Shown one piece after another: positions 34,426 through 45,799 of a stretch of 47,954 nt of DNA. The position numbers were made by a program, and so were the translations under genes. The notes under the pieces were generated by a model. That model had not been told where the DNA came from and did no database searches. It saw nothing but the letters and a program-made list of their open reading frames with translations. The stretch comes from Dimargaris cristalligena (taxonomy: Eukaryota). The stretch spans positions 62,001 to 109,954 of the forward strand of contig ML002209.1 in assembly GCA_003614675.1 (NCBI GenBank), written 5' to 3'. The stretch's first letter is position 1. Each line of letters opens with the position of its first letter.

Positions 34426-36820
34426 ATCCTCCAATCTTCTCTCTCTCTCCTTCCTTTTATAATTTCACCCTGAATTCATGTTTGGGGCGCTTATACGTGT
34501 GCGTGTGTGTATTTGTCGGTTTGGCTGACAATATGTGTGTGTGTGTGATGTTTCTTCCTCTACTTTTTAAACAAAAAATAAAATGAGAACAAAGTTCGTC
34601 ACGCTCTATACTCTTAGCTCTATCGTCTATATATCACATCACGTCCCTCATCACAAACTCCCCCTTGCCTCACCTTCCCCTCCCCTCTTCCACATCATTT
34701 GGTTTCTTTTGGCCGATCCATTTGATTTCACTTTCAAATCCCCAACAAACCTCCTCTATGTCTTTCATATACTCGAAATAAAGAAGTGTCTCTGGTCATG
34801 CCGGCTTTTTATATTTATACAAATAGATTAGTTAGAGGTACTTTTCGAATAGGACTATCTGATGTGAAAGGAAGGGGGTGTGGTTGTTGTTTTGTGGGGC
34901 TTGGGGAATAAATGAGGTTAATATCTAGAGGTCAGTGCATTAGTTCCTTTGCTAGATGAATGAATGTCTATAGATATTTACCAATGCGTTTACTAGTCGA
35001 TTGGATGGTATGTCGTTTAAATTTGGAATTGTAGATTTAAGGTCGGCTATAATGGCCAACTAAATGGTGCTTTGACTATAAAATGCACCGTCTCTTACTC
35101 CGTCAAGCCGAACCTTGGTAGTGATATAGTATTACAGCACCAACACCCAATCAACGGTGTAATAATAGGTATTAAAATGCAGTTTAACTAGAGGTGAAAT
35201 TTCAGTAGAGCGGAGTCATTAACCTCGCCGTTTAAAATGGCGGGTCATCATGAAAGCGATTAACCGCTGTGGTACATATATCAGAATCCCTAATCGGAAG
35301 CGTGGATAAGGAGCGCCAGTGTGTCAGCGTTTTATTTACACAAAGAGAGAGGATGAGGAGGGGGTTGGTGGCCTCCAAAACTGCACACATTATCGAATTC
35401 TTAGTAGTCGGGGGCTTGGCCCACCCTGGTTGTGCCGAATCTCAAGAGGCGTTTTTGAAGTAGGAAATACGAAAGGTCATATGCTCCTAGTTGTGTACCC
35501 TATATATTATACACCTTAGACCCATAGTGTGGTTCTTTTTTAATTTTGGAGAGGGGGATTGAGATAATAGTGCCACCACGCTAAGAAGAAGGGGGAAGCG
35601 GTGGTATAGATGACGACTTCTTCGACTCTACGGGGGCCTATAGTAATCATGGCCACGGGAAGAGGAGAGAAAGAGAGAGAGAGAGACTTGGCCCAGCCTA
35701 GCATCGGGGGGTTCTCTATCATCCGTCGCGGCCAGTCGCTAAAGGTGGCGGTTGGCTGATCGTCAGTTAGTGCGACGTATGAAGTGTATGGGAAGAGGGG
35801 GCCGACGGGGTCAAACGACTCGCCGTGTGTGTCACACACGAGTCAGGGCCGTTCGAGCCAGGCCAAGGCAAGGAATAGCGAAATAGAGCCAAACTCAGTT
35901 GGGGTGGAATCCATAGGGCATAGGGACCGAGCAGAGTAGAGTGGTGTTGCTAGTATGAAGAGAGGCCATAATGATGTCTCTTAAGCCGCATGTACGACAA
36001 CGACCTTTATCTGGTCACGCTGTCAAGGCCAGTCGAACACACGGCCAGAGGAGCATTTGCCCCAATATCCACGACGCGACCCTCCCCTTTGCATTTAATC
36101 GAGGCTCCGCGGCTCTGCTTTGGTCTTTCCCTCTATTTGACATGTTAAAGTGTATGCTGTTGTAATATACCTTCCGGTTTTAGTGCCTCTTCTCTTTTCT
36201 TGCCTTACTTTAACTATTCTTATTCATTATTATTATTATAACTCTCGTGTTCGTCGTCGGCTTTTTGGTTCAGCTATTCCCGACTATTTATTTTCATTAC
36301 CGGCTGCTTTGGTATAGTAGTCCAGACGCCTCTTTCGTTAGGTGCTCGTATATATCTCTGGTTTTTCGATTCTGGTTCGGTAGCCCTCTATCTCAAGTAA
36401 GTATATATTTAATTATATATATAGGGCTGTTAATAGGTTATCTTAGTTTCTCCATGGTGTTTGTCGGGCCTTTTATATACCTTTCCATAGGAGAAAACGG
36501 GTTGGAAACGCTAGGGTGCGCGGGGCGAGTGTGCGGCGACGCGGGTCATAATGGAGGCAGAGTGACGCTATATGCGTGGATCCCACTGATCATGGAGAAG
36601 ACTATCTGCCGAAGTCCCTGTGACTCTCCAGCAAGGTGGGGGAGAGGGTGAGGGTGAAGGGGTTACCCACCCCACTGGTTGCTGGTGGAATTCAATGGCG
36701 GCAATTAGTCCTCAGTCTATTACCACCACCACATCATACACACTGCCCGCCAAGCACACCAAACCACTATACTCCGTCTATACTATATATCCACCCACCC
36801 AGCTACTCCTTTGCTATTAC

Positions 36821-36854
<34 letters not shown>

Positions 36855-37071
36855 ATACCCTACCGTCACTTCTCTTCGAGACTTGGCTCCGTTTCTCCTC
36901 TGTTCTTCCTGTGCATCCCATTGTACCCCCCCCATCCTTCTCCTTCGCTTCACCGCCACCCCCCCCCCCTGTACAACTCACCACCCTTACTCTCTTTCTC
37001 TTTCTCTTCATCCCCATCCCATTTCCTAACCCTCCTCTTCTATATTTTACAATACCCTTTCGTCGTCAGCC

Positions 37072-38896
37072 ATGGATCCCCGCATGACTGCCCGTGAGGC
37101 CTTTGACATCAACAAGTCGGCCGTCACTCGCAACTTCTCGGTCGACCCCCGCATCGGTAAGTCCGCTTTTTAGTAATAGTCCCTTTCTCACCAACCTCTC
37201 GCCTTAGGCCGACATGCTGACCCGGCTGGGACTGTGGTATACCACTCTACTTCAAGTCATCTACTTTGTGCTCCTAGCTCTTGCTTACCGGCCCATTCCG
37301 CCCCCGCCGCCGCTTTTACCCTCCTCCCCCCCAACATTTCCCCGTCCCTCCCTTTGGACCCCGCATACCTCTTGTTCGCCCACCCACCGACATTAATCCC
37401 CTTTCCCTCGCGTTTTCTTATCATTTCTGGGACCCCCCTCTTACTCTCTAGACTACCGCACCGTGTCCGGTGTCAACGGTCCCCTGGTTATTCTGGACAA
37501 CATCAAATTCCCCAAGTTTTCCGAAATTGTGGAAATTACTCTGCCCGATGGCTCCAAGCGGTCCGGTCAGGTCCTAGAAGTCCAGGGCAAGAAGGCCGTT
37601 GTGCAGGTCTTCGAAGGTACCTCTGGTATTGACGCCAAGGCCACCCATGTGGAATTCACCGGTGATACCCTCAAAATCCCCGTGTCCGAAGACATGTTGG
37701 GCCGTATCTTCAACGGTTCGGGTAAATCCATCGACAAGGGCCCCAAGGTCTTCGCCGAGGACTACCTCGATATCGAAGGGTCCCCCATCAACCCCTACTC
37801 CCGTATCTACCCCGAGGAAATGATTCAGACTGGTATTTCCGCCATCGATACCATGAACTCCATCGCCCGTGGCCAGAAAATCCCCATTTTCTCGGCCGCT
37901 GGTCTGCCCCACAACGAAATTGCCGCCCAGATTTGTCGCCAGGCTGGTCTGGTCAAGGGCCCTACCAAGGGTGTTCTCGACGGTCACGAAGAGAACTTCG
38001 CCATTGTCTTTGCTGCTATGGGTGTGAACATGGAAACTGCCCGCTTTTTCAAGCAGGACTTCGAGGAGAATGGCTCCATCGAGCGGGTTACTCTGTTCCT
38101 CAACTTGGCCAACGACCCCACTATCGAACGTATCATTACGCCGCGTCTGGCCCTGACCACCGCCGAATACTACGCCTACCAGCTCGAGAAGCACGTGCTG
38201 GTCATTCTGACCGATATGAGTTCCTACGCCGATGCGCTGCGTGAGGTGTCGGCTGCCCGTGAGGAAGTGCCAGGCCGTCGTGGTTACCCCGGTTACATGT
38301 ACACCGATTTGTCAACCATTTACGAGCGTGCCGGCCGTGTCGAGGGCCGTAACGGTAGTATCACCCAGATTCCTATTCTGACCATGCCCAACGACGATAT
38401 TACCCATCCCATTCCCGATTTGACCGGTTACATTACGGAGGGTCAGATTTACATTGACCGTCAGCTGCACAACCGTCAAATCTACCCACCCATCAACGTC
38501 CTGCCTTCCCTGTCCCGTTTAATGAAGAGTGCCATCGGTGAGGGTATGACCCGGGCCGACCACGGTGATGTGTCCAACCAGCTGTACGCCAAGTACGCTA
38601 TTGGGCGGGACGCCGCAGCCATGAAGGCTGTGGTGGGTGAAGAGGCCCTCAACCAGGAAGACAAATTGGCTTTGGAGTTCCTCGAGAAGTTCGAAAAGAC
38701 CTTCATTGCTCAAGACCACTATGAGAACCGGACTATCTTCGAGTCCCTGGACTTGGCGTGGTCCCTGCTCCGTATCTTCCCCAAGGAACTGCTCAACCGT
38801 ATCCCCCAGAAGGTGCTGGCCGAATACTACCGCCGTGAACGTAAGCACCGTGCCAGTCGGGGTAACCAGGATCTGTTGATCGATGCCGAAGCCTAA
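37072..38896 (+). CDS. VMA2: V-type ATPase subunit B, 2 exons, 509 aa
   Basis: Exon 1 is 37072-37156 ([34 protein letters not shown] donor). Exon 2 is 37452-38896 ([53 protein letters not shown]). The total of 1530 nt is in frame. Confidence 0.97.
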
Positions 38897-40100
38897 TCAT
38901 TCCTTACCCCTCCCAAATTTTTTAAAAAAGTGGGAAAAGTAAAGCCTCTGAACGGAACGCGCTCATAGAGAGATCCCATTTTATTTATGTTTTCTCATTC
39001 TCTCACTATATTTTTCTCGTCCAAACTCGGGCTGACTTCTTTCTTTTCTTGTTTACTTTCTATTATACATGTTTTTTTTGTCCGTTCCTTCAGGACCAGC
39101 CCATCCTGTGCGGTTACCATTTGTGACCTGAAGCCAAATCTTTATGGCGGCTATTTTATCTTGTGACCTCACCATTATGGTCATTTTTTTTTTGGTTTGC
39201 TTTGTGAGTGATTATTAAAAAATACCAAACTTTATTTTGAATAATATTAATCCATATCATTTGGTTTTTGATTAGCCACTTTAATATAGTGGTCGTCCTG
39301 CCTTATTCGCTGTGATATGGGGGTTATGCTCCCCACCGATTTGCTGTGGGGTTTTGGCATAGTGGTCTATTAGTACATTCAAGGGTATCGCAGATGCTGG
39401 TGCTACACGTCCTCTGTAACTACTGTTTAAGTAGTCCGTCTGGAGGGCAGTGGGTACTATTCGTACAGGTTATATAGCTCCGCGTACCTCGAAATGTGAC
39501 TGAGACGGCGTGTGTTCCATCGCTTGTCCATCCTGACTTGGCCATTAGTCGATTAGGGTATGGGGTGCCCTTTTATATCTTTGGTTAGTTATTACCTTCA
39601 TAAGTGAAAAACCACCAATCCCCCGTTTATCTGGTGGGGTTTGATTTGCCATGGGGTGATGCTATTTCTGTAGGGAAAAGTTCGTTTAACAAGCCCCAAA
39701 GGTGGGATTCCAGCCAATTCGTTAAGTTGTGCACTTGGAGATCATAGGGAAGTTGAATGGCGTGGTCGGTGTCATTAAAAATGATTGAGTCGAGCTGGAA
39801 ATAATCTCGGAAACTCTGAGCAAGTTTGGGGAAGTAGGGTTGGGAACGCAGGGCGAGAAAGGGGCTATGGTATCGGATGTGGCAGAGGATACGTAAGTAT
39901 ATACGATAAAACCATGGTCATAAATTTTTCATGGTAAATTTAATGGGCCATACACGGTATAATGATGTAGGTTAGCCTTGGTAGTGTTTGATGGAAATAA
40001 GGGACAACGAGGATACCCAAGTGGTTCAAATAGTGAAGAAGGGTTAGCATACTTGTATATATGAGGGTGGGTGCATGAGGGGGTAGTGGAATGGGGTAAC

Positions 40101-40712
40101 TTACGGGGATGGCTGGGCCCCGGTTTGGCCTATTGGCCCGACCTTTCCTTGACCTGCTGTGGTCGGCGGGGGCTGCTGGTACGATAGGTATAAGGTCACC
40201 ACCGATCCTCCAGTGGACCGGACCGACCAGGCCAGGATTTTCGTATAGGCGGGATCCCATAGTCGGGGTCGGAGTTCACGGTATATATCTGGCGAATGGG
40301 GGATCTCCAAATCGACCCCCCAGATTTTCCGCTGGGTCCGGGGCCAGGGGTGGGTCGGAGGGTCGCCAAGCCTCGGGTGCTTGACTGGAACTCCCTCCTT
40401 CGGCGGGATAGCGCTTGCATCAGTTAACTCGGTCGAGGTTGGCGTGCCGGCGACAGTGGCAGTAGCAGCAGCAGCATTGGTGGTAGTGGGAGGGGCCTGG
40501 CTAAGTTCGAGTCGCTTGAGTTCGACGTAGAATAAGTGGAGGAGCCGATCGGGTTTAATAAACGGCGAGGGGGTTATCGGGGCACTGAAATGTGGAAGCA
40601 TGGCGGTATAAAGGGCGGTGTACTGGTCGAGAGTTTCGGTGGCCTGGATCTCGGCCTGGAGTATCCGGTGGTACTCCTCGAGGGGCGACTGGGTTAGCGG
40701 GGGTGGTAACAT
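40101..40712 (-). CDS. Hypothetical protein (~203 aa), possibly with further exons
   Basis: ATG ORF with globular-looking segments, divergent from HACL1. A GTAAGT donor overlaps the stop (40104) and an in-frame CAG acceptor lies at 40725-40727, so both ends are uncertain. Confidence 0.5.
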   Translation of the reverse strand: MLPPPLTQSPLEEYHRILQAEIQATETLDQYTALYTAMLPHFSAPITPSPFIKPDRLLHLFYVELKRLELSQAPPTTTNAAAATATVAGTPTSTELTDASAIPPKEGVPVKHPRLGDPPTHPWPRTQRKIWGVDLEIPHSPDIYRELRPRLWDPAYTKILAWSVRSTGGSVVTLYLSYQQPPPTTAGQGKVGPIGQTGAQPSP

Positions 40713-41348
40713 AATCCTTAGTGGCTGTAGTAAGTATAGTGGTGGTGGGAGGGGGTAATTGTAAAGTGGCAGTAGCGCAAGTTGGAAATAAAGTAACAGA
40801 GTTAGCTCAAGGCTAGTATATACAAGGGCTGAGTGGTGCGCGATTCGATTACCCCTTTGTGTGACTCCTTGGCCATTTGAAGGTCAGCAGCGGTGGAGGA
40901 GATTTGTAAATTCCCTCCTACTTATTGAGGATGAGGGGATTGGGCGTACCACATTCCCTGGTCTCATGGGTGTAGTAAATTTCCACAGCCTTCAGTTGCG
41001 CCACAGGCCATGTGACTAGTGTGGTAGGTTAACAGACGGCGCTGGCTCTGTTCTACTAATGCTTCTACTCCCCACGCTCACTATCTATTAGAGAGCAGTC
41101 TTGAAACTAAGTGTACTAAAGCCCTTAGTTGTCCACATACTAATGCCAAGCCGTTTATGACGTATCTATCTTAACTTGGCGTTGACACTTATCTCCCCCA
41201 TATATATATATATATATACATATAACTTATCTACCCACCAACTTACTTCCCCACCCTCCTTTCCCCTTATTATTCCCCTACTATCCCCCATTCCCTTCTC
41301 CAGCTGTACATCCCAGCACCATTAGAACGCAAGAGCAGTCCAGACACC

Positions 41349-43523
41349 ATGAAAGGCGCTGACGTGATTGCCCTAACCTTAAAACGCCTAGGCGTGACCG
41401 TCGTTTTCGGGATTGTCGGTATTCCCGTGGTCGAAGTAGCCGATGCCTGCATCGCCCAAGGTATCCGGTTTATCGGGTTCCGCAACGAACAGTCGGCGAG
41501 CTACGCCGCGGGCGCCTGGGGCTACCTCAGCGGCGAACCGGGAGTATGTTTAGTCGTTTCCGGACCCGGGGTTCTGCACGCACTACCGGGATTGGCCAAT
41601 GCCCAGGTCAACTGCTGGCCGATGCTCCTATTGGGAGGGTCGTGCGATACCTACCAAACGGGCTGGGGAGCTTTCCAGGAACTGGGCCAGACGGAAGCTT
41701 GTCGGCCTTATACCAAGTATGCAGCTCGGCCGCCGACCGTGGACCAAATCCCCCAGACGCTACAAACCGCCTTTCGGCATACGATCAACGGTCGACCCGG
41801 CCCCGCTTACGTGGACCTGCCGGCTGACTACATCCAAGCCAAACTCGACCCGGTATCCACCGTGACCACCGCAGAGACGGCGACGGGAGGGGGGCCTAAT
41901 AGAGCAGTGGCCCTGGTGGCCATGACCCTGCAGCGCCCCTTGCGGCAAATGAGTCAGGCGGATCCGGTCGCCATTACCCAAGCCATCCGAAAGCTTCGTG
42001 CCGCCCGTAATCCCCTCGTTATCGTGGGTAAAGGGGCCGCCTACGCGCGGGTGGAAACCGACGGGGTGCTCGAGGGCCTTATTACTCGGTCGGGTTGGCC
42101 CTTTTTACCCACGTCCATGGCCAAGGGACTGCTCCCCGACGACCACCCTCTCTGCGTGGGCGCCGCCCGGTCCCAGGCCCTGGCGCAGGCCGATGTGGTG
42201 CTGCTCTTGGGCGCCCGGGTGAATTGGATGCTCCATTTCGGTCAGAAATTTAGGTCCGACGTGACCCTAATTCAGGCCGATGTGGCGGCGGAGGAAATCG
42301 GTCAGAATCACCCGGTGGCGATCGCTTTGGTGGGCGATCTGAAGGCTATTGTGGGTCAACTAAACCAGGCCCTTCGCCAGTCGTCGCCGGCATCGTCGTC
42401 CCAATTAGATAATGGACCTGCTACTATTACTACTGCTACTACTACTACCACTGTTACTACTATTCAGCCCCACCCCTTCACCCAAACGCTTCGCCAACAC
42501 ATCGAGTCTAATCACACAAAACTGGCCCAGCGGTACCGGGTCAACGATATTCCCATGACCTACCATCGCGCCTTTGCCGAAATTAAACGGGCCCTGGAAC
42601 CGGTTTACCGCGACCAAGTAGTTTTAGTCAGCGAAGGGGCCAATACAATGGACATTGCTCGCACGGTGTTTGACCTGTACCAACCCCGCCGTCGTCTAGA
42701 TGCCGGTACGTTCGCCACGATGGGGGTCGGCATGGGGTTTAGTATTGCCGCCCAACTCTTTTACAACCCCTCTTCGGCGCAAACCCCGGGGGAATTGGTC
42801 AAGTCAGCGGCCACGCAGCCCGGTAACCGAGTGGTGGCTATTGTCGGGGATTCGGCCTTTGGGTTCAGCGCCCCCGAAATCGAAACCGCCGTTCGGGCGG
42901 GTCTACCCCTCCTGGTCATTGTGATTAATAATAACGGTATCTACCATGGTCTCGACCCGCATGCGTACCAGAAGGAAGTGGCGCAGAAGGGCCTGGCTTT
43001 GATGCCGTCCACCGCCCTGTCCCCCGACACGCGCTACGACTTGCTGGCGGAGGCCATGGGGGCCCGGGGATACTGGGTCAAAACCCCCGACGAATTGTTC
43101 GAGGCGATCCAGGAGGCTTGGGTGCAGCCCCAAGTGGCGGTTATTAACTGTATGATTCAACCTGGCGGGCCCCAGAAATTGGTAAGTAATTGAAAATGAT
43201 AGGAGGAGTAGAGGGGAGGGGGAGGTGAATCTATAATCGAAAATGGAATTGCTCTCTTTCACTATTATCTTCCCATTGTAATGGATGGTATCAATGAGAC
43301 CCACATGTTATTCTGACCGATCTCTGGTCCATCGTTAACCTTAGGTGTGGATCTCTACTACCTTTTTGGACTGACCAGCTGACTAATAATGATTTTATCG
43401 TGTGTCAATGTTAATTAATGACAACTGCTTACTCCGCTACTATTCCGACGCCTATACCCCATTTCCCCAAACTTACAGGAATTCAACTGGATGAGCACTA
43501 CCCAACAAAAGGCCCGTCTTTAG
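41349..43523 (+). CDS. HACL1: 2-hydroxyacyl-CoA lyase (HACL1/oxalyl-CoA decarboxylase family, ThDP-dependent), 2 exons, 625 aa, PTS1 -ARL
   Basis: VFGIVGIPV, FRNEQSASYAA, VSGPG, GAFQE, SEGANTMDIAR, RLDAGTFATMGVGMG and the ThDP motif GDSAFGFS..NNNG. Exon 1 ends at 43181 (GTAAGT). Exon 2, 43479-43523, encodes EFNWMSTTQQKARL*. Confidence 0.93.
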
Positions 43524-44765
43524 ATGAAATATTTGTGTATTGTAGCATCATTCCGTTTCGGTATAGAGCTGCCGTTATTATAAATATTCGTAACTATAAA
43601 CTATATAAGTTGAACTATTCTTTTTATACAATCACGCAAATGTGTTAATCCGTCCTGGGAGATATGGTGGTCGGTAGATTTAAAGTGCTTCTTGATTAAC
43701 CAAAATTATAGGTGTTTTTAGGCTATTATTGTTCCTTTTTAATTTATAGGAGAGGGGGGGCAGCTCGTTGCAGGTGTGGGGGGGGGGGAGTCGCTGGATT
43801 TTCCTCTTTCGTAGAATGCGCGACCTTGACCAGCTCCACGTGGGGGAGAGCACATCTTTGATTATATTATCCAGGTCCCAACGTCCATTTTAAGGAATGC
43901 CACCTGAATATCAAGTATTCGGTCTGTGATATGAGCTAGATTAAGCCGCTCCCATATAAGATATTAAAACAGCCGGTTCTAGCGGACAAATATAATTTCA
44001 CAATCTTTGTTCCAATCTACACGTCATTCAAAATCTTTTACAGCCGTGCCGCTGAATTCCACCCATTTATAAACCACGGGTTTAAACTCAGGAGCCAGAC
44101 TGTCAATTATTTTTTTGCTAATCAACAATCATGGCTATGATTGACTACCACCGCCAAAGTTTTGCTACCACCACATTTATCCGCCCTCCACCCTCCGTTT
44201 ACTCTCCCATGCCTAACTCTTCTCCGTCACCACCGCCTATTCATTTCCATCATTAGGCTGTAGTCGTGTGATTCACACTCCCGTTCCTGCCCAAAATTCC
44301 CCGGTCATACGCAGTGGGGATTAGGCGAAGGGGGTATACATAACCTACATTCTAGTTGATAACCAGAATCCATTGGTATTTAAATAGTGACACGCCTCGG
44401 ACGTCTAGGAAGCGGAACTGTTGACATACAATGGCGTGTGATTTAGTTTTCCTCAGAGCTATAGTCCGCCCTATCAATTTCCGCACACCCTTTGTTGCTG
44501 AGGATATATATATATCCTATATATAAATCAGACTTCATCCCTACACTATATTGTGTCTCCCACCAGCTCGATACAAAAAGAGGGTTCAGCTCTTCTTCAC
44601 CACCTCCGCCCACATCCTCTACTGTATCCCTTGATTGGGCTATATAACTCTACTCACCCAACCTCCCTTCCCACTCTTTAACCCAGACTATTTTGTATTT
44701 TACCTAAGCCCACTCAACCGTTTTGCTACACCACCTTTTGCTACTAGATTGATCGTTTATCCAGT

Positions 44766-45587
44766 ATGTTGTTCTATAAACGGTGTAAGAAGCTATGTTC
44801 CAAGGCCAACCCAGCTCGCATGTTCAGGAAGCTGAGGCGGCAACTTTGCCGGTCCTTTAATACATCCACCACCTGCACCGGCAGTCCTGTTGACTTTTCT
44901 CTAACTCCATCGGAGGTAACTACCGTTCCAAGTATCCCCTTCGACCCTGCGTCCGAGTCTTGGCTCGACACTATGACGGTTAGTCCCCAGCCTACCGAAG
45001 TCTCCGTAACTTCTGATGGCGCAGCAGCCACTGCCACCACCATTGCTTCGCCTTCTTCTCTTAAAAGACGAACTTGGTCCAATTCCTCTCTAGACTCCTT
45101 CCACACGGCTATTAGTATCCGTAACTTATCCCCGCCATTGAGTCTTTCCCAGTCCCAGGCTGGGTCAGACCTCATTTTAGACCTAGAGTCCGGTACCCAG
45201 TCACCTTCCTTCCTGCCTTCTACCCCGTCCCTCTCACCCACTCCAACGTTAACGTCGACCGGATCGCGGACCTGGGGGACGGTCCAGCCCCCCGTTTCGA
45301 GAATCAAATCCACTTCCCCAGTGGACGCGGCATCCCTACCGGATACTGTGGCGGAGGAGGTGGCCGAACTGTACCAGCAGTGGGGCCGATTAGCGGCTAC
45401 GGTGAACCAAATCACGGATAGGCTAACCTCCGGAATGCTGAAAGATGGTGGGGACCACCCACCTGAGCATCAGCTGCGAAGTACCCTGCGCCATTACGAA
45501 TACGAAATTGTTAAGATTCAAGTGGCTATCCGCCAGAACCTCCGCCAGGCTGGCTTACTGGACGATTTTCCCTATTACTTTGATTAA
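44766..45587 (+). CDS. Hypothetical 273-aa protein (basic N-term, S/T/P-rich middle, helical C-term)
   Basis: ATG ORF preceded by a TA-rich palindrome (44501-44518) and a pyrimidine-rich leader. No recognisable family. Confidence 0.6.
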   Translation: MLFYKRCKKLCSKANPARMFRKLRRQLCRSFNTSTTCTGSPVDFSLTPSEVTTVPSIPFDPASESWLDTMTVSPQPTEVSVTSDGAAATATTIASPSSLKRRTWSNSSLDSFHTAISIRNLSPPLSLSQSQAGSDLILDLESGTQSPSFLPSTPSLSPTPTLTSTGSRTWGTVQPPVSRIKSTSPVDAASLPDTVAEEVAELYQQWGRLAATVNQITDRLTSGMLKDGGDHPPEHQLRSTLRHYEYEIVKIQVAIRQNLRQAGLLDDFPYYFD

Positions 45588-45799
45588 TTTTTATTTGGAG
45601 GGGGGAGATTATCCTGGTTTTCATACACTCTCACTATCGTGGCCTCATTATCCTATCACTTAATATTATATACATGGTGACTATATGATTTATTTTCTTT
45701 ACTTTAGGAATGCTTATGCGAATCAGTTGGCTGTAGCAGCATAGTCCCCCCTGGTTTGCTTCTTTTTGAATATTTTCTTATCCCGTCTTTTCCCTCTAC

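Noticed and set aside
35816-35860. tRNA suggested by GTTCGA and a nearby hairpin
   Set aside because: There is no cloverleaf or A-box spacing, and the hairpin is driven by GT/AC dinucleotide runs.
2039-38896. LARP1, GSY1, PP2C, RPS6 and VMA2 as a TOR/nutrient-signalling gene cluster
   Set aside because: These are housekeeping genes interspersed with unrelated ORFs, with no shared motif seen. Synteny evidence would be needed.
43182-43478. TPP riboswitch in the intron of the ThDP-dependent HACL1
   Set aside because: The conserved aptamer elements (CUGAGA followed by CUUGAU...GAUAAU...AGCG) are not present.
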